A DNA stretch of 64,000 nucleotides, from contig NC_090604.1 of the NCBI RefSeq assembly GCF_000497125.1, forward strand, positions 454,651-518,650, given 5' to 3'. Below the pieces are notes generated by a model. That model was not told the origin of the DNA and did not search any database. It saw nothing but the letters and a program-made list of their open reading frames with translations. A program made the position numbers and the translations under genes. Positions within the stretch are counted from its first letter, which is position 1; each line of letters starts with the position of its first letter. Of the stretch, positions 12,412 through 25,399 are shown piece after piece. This DNA is from Spironucleus salmonicida (lineage: Eukaryota).

Positions 12412-12642
12412 ATGACGTCATATATTATTGGGATGGTTGTCGCTCCCCTCATTTCATTTTTTTCAACAAAATCAGTACTGTTAGATAACAATATGAAGCT
12501 TGAGAAAGCAAATGCGTACTCTGCATTAAGTTCTGTGGTAGTTATCCATATTATTTTATTTGTTGCATATAAACGTCATGTTTCTATAGTTAAATAAGTA
12601 AATGCAACATAGCTTGAGAAAACAAAGCAAATGAAAGAATGA
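12412..12642 (+). CDS. VMA21: VMA21-like V-ATPase assembly factor, 76 aa, two TM segments
   Basis: MVVAPLISFFSTKSVLL...AYSALSSVVVIHIILFVAY matches the VMA21 pattern M..vP...yF.tk / y.a..aVv.vHvvL. Confidence 0.72.
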
Positions 12643-12644
12643 TT

Positions 12645-13328
12645 TCACTTAGATCCTTTAAGTAACTATCTTACATCACTGCATTTGCTTAACTCGATCA
12701 TATAATCGATGCAGTCTCTTAAATATGTATCCGATTTGTCATCATAAAATGCACTACACATAATACCGTTTTCTGGTTATAGGCTAAAACTAATTGGTGA
12801 ATTATCTACAATAATAACATTTTCAGGTAAATATCCTAACTTATACACATTTTTAATATACATATTATTATACATCGTGCAGTGATTTCTATAAAGTCTT
12901 AGTTTTACTAGTCCATTAGGATCAATTGCATCCATAACAGCGTCGCAATAAACTTGAAGAGATGCTGTAAAGACACATAAATCGTAATGTTTTGACATCT
13001 CTAATAGATACATTTCTAAGAAAGGTCGTTTATAAACAAAAACTGTGTGTTTAGTTGTCAGCCCTGAAGGATCTAATATGTCCAAATTTAGTGTTAAATC
13101 TGCATTTTAGACAGGTTAAAAAGAGCTATGAACTAACGTTTCATCTAAGTCTAAAATTAAAAGTTTTTTGGTAGAATTTATCATTTCTGGTTAAATTAAA
13201 GATTGCTTTTAAATAATTTCTTATGGTGGAACAACATGTTAAAAAACCTATTCATCGGTCTGGAAGCATCGAGCAAATAATGACTTCTTAGACCCCAAAG
13301 GTTTTTAAACTTATGTAATGAATGACAT
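12645..13328 (-). CDS. FCP1/SCP (NLI-interacting factor-like) HAD phosphatase, 227 aa
   Basis: LLILDLDETLVHSSFQPV, VYKRPFL, VFTAS, RLYRNHC, IIVDNSP motifs. Confidence 0.93.
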
Positions 13329-13912
13329 ATTTTAAGCGGAAGTAAATATTTGCATATATTAGGATATAGTATTCAGTTATTATGTCAGATTCAACATTCA
13401 ATTATTCTAGTAAATAATTATGATATTATAATAAATTTAAGCTGTTTCTTTGAAACTGAAATTAAGTTTATGTATCCATAATAGATCTACAAACTATGAA
13501 AATAACCTCGTGTTTGATATACTACTTGTAGTAACCAGAAAATAAGTTAAAATTTTACAACAAACTGTAGATTTATGCATATAATTCAATATCTACAAAT
13601 TACAAATAAATATGATATGCAATTAAGAGTATAAACTTTTTCTGGTCATTTACTAATACTAAATGCTAATTAATAGAGAAGTAATACTATAATAATATTT
13701 AATGAATAAATCATTATTATATCTTATAAAAGATAGATATCAAATCATAAACCACAAATGCAGTGTATTAATCTAATCGATATATGTTGTAATTTCATAC
13801 CAATAAATAAAGTGGTCTCTAAAAATATAAATATATTAAAAATAACATTAAAACTGAACGGTCACTTATTCGAATTATATATAAAATAACATAGTTAGGT
13901 CCGTCAAGTAAA

Positions 13913-14383
13913 ATGGAGCGTTATATTAATAATTAATTTAACCTATCAATCAACTCTATTTAGCATAATATATAAATTTTGCACTAAATTGATACACTAT
14001 ATGCTAATTTTGCATCTAAATACGTTTTTATTCCATATTTTGCTTAACAAGTATAGCAAACATAGGTATGCCAAAAGCTACCTAATTTTTCTATGTACGA
14101 TACCATTTAACATGAGGTGTTCAAGCCATCAATGTGTAATTTAGACTGCTCGTTCTCGTATTGTGATGACAATTCTGGTACAATTGGTTTTCATAGCGAA
14201 ATAAATTTATTTCCTACTATCGAGGAAGCAAGCGATGAGGAGGGTTAAACAGAGAACTACGACAATTTTACCTTAAAAATATCTGAATATTTTACCAAGT
14301 CAGATGAATTTGCAAGTATATTTAAGTAATCTGAAGATATTGAAAAAATAAAGCCAAAAGCCCTAGGGCCTATGGCGAAGTGA
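13913..14383 (+). CDS. Hypothetical protein, 156 aa
   Basis: Open in table 6 (MERYINNQFNL...ALGPMAK), AAAATG start, AAGTGA stop. Confidence 0.65.
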
Positions 14384-14412
14384 AATCTAAATACATTATA
14401 TCACGTTAATCT

Positions 14413-15351
14413 TCACTTGACGAGGGCAGGGTTTAATCTAGCCATAGCCTTAGCACAAACGAAGGGGTTAACCTTCTTCTCGCACAAACGCTTAGTGATT
14501 CTGGGCTTAGCAGCGCAGCTTAAGGCTTAGCTCTGTTCGTATCTCTTCATATCAGTAGTCTTAACAATAGAAACAGGTAATTTATAACCAGTCTTATTGG
14601 CATAAACTTCGTTCAAACCAGCAAAGGCAGACTTGGTCCAGATAACTAAACGACCAATCTTGGCACCAGGGGCGAGCTGGAGTAAGTTGAGGCGGGAAAC
14701 GTGGCAGCAAGAAACACCGGGGATATTTCTGAAAGCCTTCTCGCAGTTCTCTTCACCGAATACAACTAAGGGACCGAGCTTCTGAGTATAACGTCTGTTT
14801 CTGAGTTTACCAGTACCAGCACGGATGGTCTTGGAAGCCTTAACAGCTTCTAAATCAGCAGAGCAACCAAGCTTAGATAAGATCATAGCAGCATCCTTGG
14901 TCTTGTTGACTTCGCCGCAGTCAACGACAACGGGGAAAGCCTTGATGGCGGCTACACGATGACCGTGAGCTTCAGCAAGCTGAGGGAGAGCGGAACCTGC
15001 AATAGCAGAGGCAACGGCGAATCTTCTCATGTTCTTATTTATCTTTCTGTGAAGACGTCTCTGGGTGGTAAGAGGGGAATACATGTGACCACCACGGACA
15101 AAATTAGCATAAGCACCGATACCACCGTGTTTACGGGGATTACGAGCGACGGCACGACCTGGACCCCATGACTCAGCAGAGCACATAACACCAGCGTAGG
15201 GGGAGACAGCGTAAGCTTAACGGTGGTTCTTGTTCATGTTGGTATGTACGAATTAAACGATATCAGCACGAATAGGAGCGTTGAAGGCAGCGGGAACGGG
15301 GAGTTCGCCAGCTTTTTCACCAGACTTGTTGAAAACTTAAACAGAAGCCAT
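14413..15351 (-). CDS. RPL4: 60S ribosomal protein L4 (uL4), 312 aa
   Basis: APIRADIVQFVHTNMNKNHRQAYAV, SAESWGPGRAVAR, RAGTGKLRNRRY, LNLLQLAPG. Confidence 0.97.
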
Positions 15352-15485
15352 CACAAAGGAAAGGAAATGTAAAATAGAAGCGGCATAAATATATATTTAT
15401 ATTACATAATAACTATAATATTTATTACTACCAAATATTCATTATTTATAATATATAATAATTTATTCCATTTTATACCAGTTTA

Positions 15486-15746
15486 ATGTCTATACCTATT
15501 GAAGACTACCTCAACTACCCCTCGTAGCCCGACTGCATGGACTTCATGTTCGAAAAGTTAACAATAAAACAGCTCATTATTTCAATAGTGCTATTTTTTA
15601 CGATTTGCCTGAACACCTTCCTGCTAGTGATTCTGCCAAAACTGGGCGTAATTGGGCTATTCGCATTGCTCATATTAGCTTTAGTCGCATTTTGCATTTC
15701 CAGCAAGAACGAAAGTACGAATTAGCTAGAAAATAAGCTGGAGTGA
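15486..15746 (+). CDS. Small two-TM hypothetical protein, 86 aa
   Basis: Open in table 6, two hydrophobic stretches, GAGTGA stop. Confidence 0.7.
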
Positions 15747-16004
15747 TATATCGTTTATTCGGCTTAAGCATGCGATTCCGCCTCTGCACTTACCTCAGCA
15801 GCCCAAAAAACATACACGCTCCAAAAATTTGTTGAAACCTATGCCATTCACGACATTACCCATTTTCGGTTTTTCCAATAAATTATATATAATATTATAC
15901 GTATTTATATATCGGATGTTAGAATAAATCTATTTTTAGATTTACTCTTAAAACTCTATTATTATATCCTATATATCATAATAACTATTTTTCAGCCACC
16001 AGCA

Positions 16005-16187
16005 ATGAAGGCCCTCTCGCTGAGCCAGCAAGGCTACCGGCAGTACCTAAAATCGGCCACAACGTCCACCATTTACACAATCAGGAGGCCGAAACCGCGC
16101 CCGATGCAGCCACAGCCTGCCTGCAGACGAGAGCCAATCTCACTCGCCAGCTCGCTCTCTGTGACGTTCTACGGCTCCAGCCAGTGA
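16005..16187 (+). CDS. Hypothetical 60-aa protein
   Basis: GC-richer ATG ORF after AT-rich spacer, ends CAGTGA. Confidence 0.45.
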   Translation: MKALSLSQQGYRQYLKSATTSTIYTIRRPKPRPMQPQPACRREPISLASSLSVTFYGSSQ

Positions 16188-16439
16188 GATGAACGCGCGA
16201 AATCGCATTCTGCGCCGCAAACTTGATCGGTGCGATTTGATAGTTGCAAAATGGAGCGAAAATGCGTCATAATGTGATATAATGGCAGGGGCGAGTAATG
16301 CGAAAATTGTTAATTTTGCGTTATATCAGCAGAATGGAGTGAAATTCTAAAATTACTCAAAATTTTCAAAATTACTCAAAATATTAATACCTCGAAATAT
16401 GATATAATATGTAATTTTTAAATATGAAAATTACTGTAA

Positions 16440-19370
16440 AACGAGTGCAAAGAACATAATAATGCGAAAAATATCAATTTTGCCTGTAAATTAAACATGG
16501 AATTAATTGTGTCGCAGTTGTAAATAATTGCGGTACAGGCGATGTACAATTATTCTGCACATTATACCGGTAAACTCAGAAGTTAAAATGTGCTAAAACT
16601 GGTTCTTTTGCGATGATAGCAATAAGGGCTCTGAATGCAGTTCTAACTGCATTTATTGTAAGATAATATAAAATTCTGGTTGGGAAATATGATATAATTT
16701 CTAGATAGGAAACTGCTGGGAAATGAACATAATAATGAACGTAATAATTGCAGAAATGATTATTTTTGCGTTAATATTTAAACCGGTAACAATTGCGTGG
16801 TGCTCCCAAATAATTGCAATAGTGTAAATATGACCAGAGAGTCTTTATCCTACGATCAAGTACAGGTGCTAAAAGCAGCAAAATGCGACCACCTGCAAAA
16901 TCTGCTAAAACGGATTCTTTTACGATGATAGCAATAAGTGCTCTAAATGCAGTTTAATTTGCATTGGGTGTAAAAGTAATACAATTCGTAAGGTGTGCAA
17001 ATTGGGATATGATCATTAGGCTGAAATTGTGTGAAAAACTGATGCAGGGAACATAATAAATGCGAAAATGGCTAATTGTACGTGTAAATTAAAAATGGGA
17101 ACAATTGCGTGGTGCTTTCAAATAATTGTGGTAGCGGTGATAGGCATTGATGGTGCGTGACATGGGTTTAAATTTTGATGATAAGATATGAAAATGCGAG
17201 GCGGGTAGAAATAGCTGCAAAGAATGCTGTAGTGACTTGGAATGTACTTTTTGCGATGATAAGTATTTCAGTAAATATGGGGTTTTGGTAAAGCGCTTAC
17301 TACCCTGGGTAAGTCTGCTAATACACATTAATTCACCAAGCGCCGAAAACATATATTTAGATTAAGCTAGTTGGCGTTAAATTGAGTAATAGGAATGCTA
17401 GGACGGCAAGTTTCTGACGTGGATAGTTTTGGTAAAACCAACTATCGCAGAATACTTGAAGAGGTTGTATTAAGAACTTTAAAAGTTCCTGAGGCCTAAA
17501 ACTTGTAGGGCTGTGTTGAAGGGGTTAGCACTATAATAAGGTCTGCTCCAGGTGATATGACGCCTACCCAACCAAATAGACTTGCCTAATATTCAACGCG
17601 GATATGTTCTCTAATGGCAAATGTGCTGCTGCAAAACAGGCAGTAACGTGATTGTGGTGACTGCAATCCGATAGCGGTTTCTGATAGTGGTGATTGTGAT
17701 GAAACTTGATCCTTGACGCTGGAAACCGCAGTTCAGATGATGCCAGTAAAGTGGATGGCAGGAATTTCTCTGCGTCCCAACCGGAAGCCCCAGTAGTTTG
17801 GACTGCCTTGCCCATAGACTACCGCTTGCTACTTCCGATTGTATCGATACAGTGCCCGCATGCAGGTGGGGGCAACTGCGAAAGATACATATAACTCTTT
17901 CCTATAGTGAGGGAAATGCACTGTTAGCGATGTTACAAAGCAGACTGCAATAGTTACTCCAATTGCGAGGGTTGTTGGAGCGATGCCACAGAAATGCGTA
18001 AAACGGGTTCCAGTTGCTGCCCGAGCATTGCAGGCACATGAACCGCAAAACAGGCGCAGCGGGTACTTTGTATTGCTAGCATCTATTTCTGGGTCTGCTG
18101 AATACGCCTTAGCTGGGTAGGAGTGCGTAAACTGCAAGACCGCTCTGCCGATGTCGAAGATTGAAATACCTGTGAATGTAATTTCACGTCTATACAAGAA
18201 ATCTCTCATTCTAAAGATTTGTGATAGACCGCAATTAAAATTTCTCTTGATGCAACAAGGAGAATCCTGTTAAATGTTAGAATCGGAAGGAAGTATTTCC
18301 GACACTAGCTGGCTCGTGCTTTGGCAGAATTAGCATAAAGCTGGGGAGTGAGTGTTTGTCACGTGCCAGCTAGACTCCCAATCGCTGGCGTAGTTGCTAT
18401 GTAACTACCTGCTAGTGCAGCTGCTCTGTATGCCCAAGCGTTGATGCAAAAATGGCATCAAAAGTGTTAAACGGCGCTTTCTCTAACCAATAATATCTTC
18501 AACTCGCATTGGTGAATTTCTTCTGGTCCTGAAATAGTGTATCTTCACAGATTATGGAAAGCATTAGCCGAAAACTGCATAATATGCAATGGAACGCTCT
18601 AAACATCATGAGTTGCATCCGGAGATAACTTTTAACTAGCATAAGGAGCGTGCATTTGTAACGATTCCTGTAACCAGTTACATTCGCTATAAAAACTGCG
18701 ATGATGAGTTTCCATCTCTGCAAGCTGCAAAACCTATTCAAATAGGCTATATCCAGCACGAAAGCTATATTTTTCTAAAGATGAACGGAAGTTAACCCAT
18801 ACAACCTGCACTTCCTATGGCGCTGCTCACCATACTAAGTACGAAGCGTGCTAAGCTAATTTATGGGGACTTGCTACATCTGCACGGAAGTTTCAGATAA
18901 CTACAATAGTCAGTCAGTGCCGCTAAATAATACACAGAACGCGATAAACCGTACGCCAAGGGCACATTATAACATACAAAATATCAGGCTGCTCCTGGAC
19001 TGCAGGGAATGCGCAGAATACCATGCTGTAATGGGAACGCTGCCCAGAAATTATATGGTCAAGGGTGCAATTCTTGAAGCAAAGTTCTGGTCAATTCTTG
19101 GTCTGGGGATCGCGAATTCATAAGATACGCATGGTGATGGTAGACGCGGAACAGCTGTCTGGAATTGATGAATTAATGGCAAATGGCAAGGTGGGATGCA
19201 GGGCTTATAGAGTCCACATTGAAAATCAGTATATGTTTGGAGGAGTCGTCGCTATATTGGTGATATCTTTAAAATCATTTCCTTGCTGCTAAAGGGGGTC
19301 TTGCATGTAAATGAATCAGAACTAGAAAATTTTAGCAGCACTTAGGCAATACGGAAATAGGAAAGGGTTA
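16440..19370 (+). pseudogene. Highly degenerate large cysteine-rich (membrane) protein relic(s)
   Basis: Broken frames give CEKYQFCLQIKHGINCV, TCKICQNGFFYDDSNKCSKCSLICIGC; hydrophobic YMFGGVVAILVISL near 19240; many TGA and frameshifts. Confidence 0.55.
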
Positions 19371-21473
19371 ATATAATATTCGTGCAACTTAATGTTACGT
19401 AAAGCACTATAAGGCGTAATGATTATCAGTACGATGGTAAATAGCAGAATTAAAGCCTGAATAATGTTAGTTTGTTGCGGTCGAATATTAACTTTAGTAG
19501 TAGTTAGACATCGCTGCCCAATAAATTTGTTATTTTTGAATTTTCGATTTTTTTTGAGTTTTGAACATTTTACTGTCCGCATCGTGAATGATAAAATATC
19601 GAAAGTTTCAAAATGATGTAAATGTATTTGACGATGCTGATTCTATATTTTAGCAGATTTATATATAGAAAAATACATGCTAGCAATACTATCATGAAAG
19701 AAGAGTAGCTATAACGAGAGGCGCTAACTCATATGTCGTGGTCCTATTTCGCATGAAATGCGCATAGTGTGCACATTAAGCCTACAAATTAGAATCTATT
19801 ACATGGTTACTTTGCATGCTATGGGTATATTAGTATCCGTATTCTACGCCAGTTGCTAGCGAAGTTATATTTGAACTTTAGTATTTGGTAGGTTTTAAAT
19901 TTGCGATTGATGACTCTAACTAATGTAAGCACGGTATAGGTAGTTTGTTAGGAAGGATATCCCCGGTAGAGCAGCCGTACTGGTAGAAGTGGCGCGCTGG
20001 AGGGAAGTTATGGCACCACCTAAAAATATCCACACTAAACCATGCAGAGCAGTAGGTACGTTAAAGTAGAAAGTCAATAGGATAGCCCCTTTGAATTGGG
20101 CCATGGGCCATGCTAGTAGGACTCCGGTGAGTCTATCTAGAACAGGCAGAATGGATCCTAATTGGTAGGACAGTATCGCATTCTTTAACCTGGTACTCCT
20201 ATTCGATATTGTAGATCGGCTAAGTCGTTATCCAACAACAGGCATGACCTCACTATCTAAGCAAGGCAGTTGCAGCTATTCTCGGTTCTCATTCACTAGC
20301 TATATTTATGACTAGTGGAAACAGGTCGAAACCAAATTTTAGAAAATAATATATGATTCGGATATTATACTTTAGCATAGCAAAAATATTAGCTTTAACT
20401 TTGTTCTCTCCTATATTTCGAATCAATACTATAATGTAATTATATTACCTTTACTTAAAAGCACGCTAACTTATATTTGTAGTATGCTAGTTTTCATGAT
20501 GTTTGTATAAACACATTTGAAGCGAATTAAGTACATTATCTAAAGTATTGCATTTAAGTCTATTACTCATCCACGACGATATATTTTATTTTTAGAATGA
20601 TTTTATTTACGTTTTTATTTATATATTAGTACATATTAAAAACTAAAAACTAAAAGGCTTACTATATTGCCTAATTTTTATAATTACGTATTAACCAAAA
20701 TGACAGATTCCGTAATATGCACCAAAACCACCCCCAACTGCGCATCCTGCGACAACGAGGTATGCACCGCCTGCACACCAGAATACAGCCTCTCCCAAGG
20801 ACTCTGCGCCCCCAACCAGCAGAACGAGAGTCCAGTCGATAAATCTGACCCAACCGATCCCGTACCTCCCGCACCAGTCGAAATGTGCACCACGAACAAG
20901 GAATGCCGTGACAAAGGCTCCGGATTCTGTGACGGCACCAGTAAAACCTGCAAGCCCTGCGCTGCGGGCTGCACGACCTGCACTTCTTTCAAATTTTGCG
21001 CGGAATGTAACAACACTACCAGCAAGCCCACGACCTTGATAGATGGTCAATGCGCGGAATTCTGCAACTAGAACAGGTCGCATGTATACTGCTCCATCTC
21101 CGGTTTAATGAACTGCAATCCGAATTCCACGTCCCCGTGCGTGTGTGATCGGCCCTAAAACTGTGCCGAGTGTTCAGATGATGCTAAAAGCTGCAAGTCC
21201 TGTCTAACAAACATGAAAATGGGCGCAGACGGGAAGTGCATAGAGTGCGCCGACGGGCTCATCAAGGTAGGTAAAATCTGCACCAAGGACGATGTGGTCG
21301 CCGGCGAGGTCCCTGTGCCGCCTGGTCCCGACCCTGTTGTTCCAGAGCCCGGTGTTAATAGCTATCGTTTGAGCGGTGGGGCAGTGGCGGGCATCGTGGT
21401 TGGTGTTTTGATAGTTATTGGGGCAGTTGGGGGCGGCCTGGCCTACTATTTTGTTAGGAGGTAGAAGAAGTGA
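17510..21473. repeat. Segmental duplication, direct copy at 35350-39300 (offset ~17824)
   Basis: Identical shadow ORFs at 18499/36323, 18863/36687, 19065/36889, 19322/37146. Confidence 0.93.
20700..21473 (+). CDS. Cysteine-rich membrane protein (CRMP1/VSP-like), Pro-linker subtype, 257 aa, tail RRQKK
   Basis: CXXC repeats, Pro-rich linkers, [31 protein letters not shown]. Confidence 0.9.
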
Positions 21474-21929
21474 TGTAAATTGTTATTTATGAGAAGAAGT
21501 TAATTAACTTTACTAGGTAAATATGGCAAGTAAAGCTCAGGCGGATACTTCCCTCATTTTATAGTATAACGTACTTGAGCGAGTTTGGGGTATGTAATAA
21601 TCACTAATTGGGGTTCTGGAGTGAGGAGTATTTTATTGGTTTCTATGGTGATGCCCTAATAGAATTAATGGGTATTACTACTATATTTATAAATTTTACG
21701 ATTTTTGCATCTTAGCTATTTATTTCTGCTAATAATACCTTTAGCAAAAAGTAAAGTTTAAGAAAACCGTTTTTGTGAAGATATATTAAATGATAATTAG
21801 AAAATGTAAGTAATTTTACGGAATATACAATTTACTATATATAAAATATAACAATATACTTTTCTTTGCAAAACAAAGAAACTTTTTATTTATCATATTA
21901 TCTATTATATTACCCATATATAGTTAAAA

Positions 21930-22784
21930 ATGAACCCGACAGGCACATGCACCAAACTTAACACAAACTGCAAAGCCGGTCACTTCTGCCCCACGAGTGG
22001 CATGGATACCGTAAATTGCATTCCATGTGAACAAGACATGAAATTCGGTCAGGGCTGCTACTGTAAGGATGATATGGTTATCACAAACTGCAAGACGTGC
22101 TCTGGAGATAATTGCGCCACCTGCCTCCCTGGATCCTATCTCAATGGAAACATCTGCTCTAGATGCTCAAAAGGTTGTGCCGAATGTAGCGGTGCTGACT
22201 CATGCTAGAAGTGTGCCGATGGTTTCATAATGGAAGGTGGTGAATGCGTCAGAGTCTGTGGTAGTAATAAAGACTGCGAGGATGAAGTTTCAAAATTCTG
22301 TGAGATATCCTCAAAGAGGTGCGTGAAGTGTGCTGATAAGTGTTCAATTTGCTCCTCAGCGACGTTCTGCAACGCGTGCGATGGGAGTACGCATATTACC
22401 ACAATTCACGGTACGTGCACTCTTTTGTGTGAGGGTATGGGCAATGGTAACTACTGCAAGGACGGTTCTCCTACAGCCTGTGTTGCAGGGCTTGATTCTG
22501 CTTGCTAATGCGGAGTTGCTTCCAATTGCGCTTCCTGCAACAGTTCTTCAAATGGTTGCGAGACGTGTTTGCCTAATGTAGTTAAGGGGGACGATGGAGC
22601 CTGCAGTGCATGTGCTGTTGGATATAAATTTATTGGCGATATGTGCTGGGCAGATTAGCAAGGTTCTGAGGCCAACAAGATAGGGACTGGGGCGATTGTG
22701 GGCATCGTGGTTGGTGTTTTAGCGGTCGTTGTGGCAGTTGGGGGCGGCCTGGCTTATTATTTCATTAGAAAGGGTAAGAAGTGA
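21930..22784 (+). CDS. CRMP1-like, 284 aa (MNPT...RKGKK)
   Basis: 855 nt open in table 6; CXXC repeats, TM, basic pentapeptide. Confidence 0.92.
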
Positions 22785-23174
22785 TCTAAATACTTCTATA
22801 TTCAGGGAATATGGTAATTTATCTAAAATACTATATTGATGAAAACATCAGTACGAATCTTCACATTAACACATAAAATCTTTGAACTGATTTGAGTTAT
22901 ACAATAATGCCCATTTCCGGTTCAGCAATCAGGATTAGCGTATCAAATGTTGATAAAGATACGCGAAATATAATTAATGGTAAGTAACATTGTATTTATA
23001 CATTTTAGGAATTTTGATTTAATGCATTCAATATACCGTCTAACATTCTTAGTAAAAGTTAAGTCAGAGAAAACAGATTCCTACAGCGTTTTTAACGATA
23101 TTTATTAGAGTGTACTCATTTTACCCAATGTATAATTTAGTATATATTAAAAAATAATATCTTGTTTTCTCCGA

Positions 23175-23187
23175 GAAACCTAGAAAC
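23175..23187 (+). promoter_or_regulatory. CRMP upstream motif GAAAC-N3-GAAAC at -60 (representative copy)
   Basis: Recurs at -60 to -62 in diverged spacers (21870, 28454, 29699, 41104, 43768). Confidence 0.6.
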
Positions 23188-23234
23188 CAGCTTATTTATC
23201 ATTTAATCGATTATCTTAACCATATAGAGTAAAA

Positions 23235-24089
23235 ATGTCCACAACAGGCACATGCACCAAACGTAACACAAACTGCAAAGCTGGCCACTTCTGCCCAGCT
23301 ACTGATAATACAACCGTAAACTGCATTCCTTGTGAACAAGACATAAAATTCGGACAGGGCTGCTACTGCGAGGATAATTCAGTTATCACAAACTGCAAAG
23401 TATGCACAGGTACTTCTTGTTCAAAATGTCTCCCTGGCGCTTTCCTGAACAACAATTTCTGCGATTCCTGCGCAAAGGGCTGTGGCGAATGCACAGCTTT
23501 TAGTTCATGTCAGAAATGCGCCGATGGGTTCACAATGGAAGGTGGCACATGCGTCAGAATCTGCAATACCAATGACGACTGCAAGGACCAAGGTTCGACA
23601 TTTTGCCAGATATCCTTAAAAAGGTGCGTGAAGTGTGGTGATAAATGTGATATTTGCTCCTCAGCGACGTTCTGCAACGCGTGCGATGGGAATACTCATA
23701 TTACCACAATTCACGGTACGTGCACTCTTTTGTGTAATCCAATTACAGATGGTAACTACTGCAAGGACGGTGCTCCTACACCCTGTGTTGCAGGGCTTGA
23801 TTCTGCCTGCAAATGCGGATTTATGTAGAATTGCGCTTCCTGCAACACTGCTACAAATGGTTGCGAAACGTGTCTCCCTAATGTTATTCTGGGAGATGAT
23901 GGTAATTGCAGAAATTGTGTTGTTGGGTTCAAACCCATTGGCAATATGTGCTGGGCAGATTAGCAAGGTTCTGAGACCAACAAGATAGGGACTGGGGCTA
24001 TTGTGGGTATCGTGGTGGGAGTTTTGGTGGTCGTGGGGGCAGTTGGGGGCGGCCTGGCCTACTATTTTGTTAGGAGGGGGAAGAAGTGA
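23235..24089 (+). CDS. CRMP1-like, 284 aa (MSTT...RRGKK)
   Basis: 855 nt open in table 6; same architecture. Confidence 0.92.
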
Positions 24090-24544
24090 TAAAATTGTTA
24101 TTTATGAGGAGAAGCTAACTAAATTAACTGGGTAAATATATTAGATAAAGCTCAGGCGGGTACTTACTTCATTTTATAGTATAACGTACTTGAGCGAGTT
24201 TGGGGTATGTAATAATCACTAATTGGGGTTCTGGAGTGAGGAGTATTTTATTGGTTTCTATGGTGATGCCCTAATAGAATTAATGGGTATTACTACTATA
24301 TTTATAAATTTTACGATTTTTGCATCTTAGCTATTTACTTCTGCTAATAATACTATTAGCAAAAACTAAAGTTTAAGAAAACCGTTTTTGTGAAGATATA
24401 TTAAATGATAATTAGAAAATTTAAGTAATTTTACGGAATATACAATTTACTATATATAAAATATAACAATATACTTTTCTTTGCAAAACAAAGAAACTTT
24501 TTATTTATCATATTATCTATTATATTACCCATATATAGTTAAAA

Positions 24545-25399
24545 ATGAACCCGACAGGCACATGCACCAAACTTAACACAAACTGCAAAGCCGGTCACTT
24601 CTGCCCCACGAGTGGCATGGATACCGTAAATTGCATTCCATGTGAACAAGACATGAAATTCGGTCAGGGCTGCTACTGTGTGGATGAAATGGTTACCACA
24701 AACTGCAAGACGTGCGCAGGAGGAACTTGTGCCACTTGTCTCCCTGGGTCCTTTCTCAATGGAAACATCTGCTCTAGATGCTCAAAAGGTTGTGCCGAAT
24801 GTAGCGGTGCTGACTCATGCTAGAAGTGTGCCGATGGTTTCATAATGGAAGGTGGTAAATGCGTCAGAGTCTGTGGTAGTAATAAAGACTGCGAGGATGA
24901 AGTTTCAAAATTCTGTGAGATATCCTCAAAGAGGTGCGTGAAGTGTGCTGATAAGTGTTCAATTTGCTCCTCAGCGACGTTCTGCAACGCGTGCGATGGG
25001 AGTACGCATATTACCACAATTCACGGTACGTGCACTCTTTTGTGTGAGGGTATGGGCAATGGTAACTACTGCAAGGACGGTTCTCCTACAGCCTGTGTTG
25101 CAGGGCTTGATTCTGCTTGCTAATGCGGAGTTGCTTCCAATTGCGCTTCCTGCAACAGTTCTTCAAATGGTTGCGAGACGTGTTTGCCTAATGTAGTTAA
25201 GGGGGACGATGGAGCCTGCAGTGCATGTGCTGTTGGATATAAATTTATTGGCGATATGTGCTGGGCAGATTAGCAAGGTTCTGAGGCCAACAAGATAGGG
25301 ACTGGGGCGATTGTGGGCATCGTGGTTGGTGTTTTAGCGGTCGTTGTGGCAGTTGGGGGCGGCCTGGCTTATTATTTCATTAGAAAGGGTAAGAAGTGA
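24545..25399 (+). CDS. CRMP1-like, 284 aa (MNPT variant...RKGKK)
   Basis: 855 nt; copy of 21930 with a divergent internal patch. Confidence 0.92.

Noticed and set aside
19920-20310. GC-richer stretch with a ~120-codon open frame in table 6 (copy at 37745-38135)
   Set aside because: No clear start context or recognisable product
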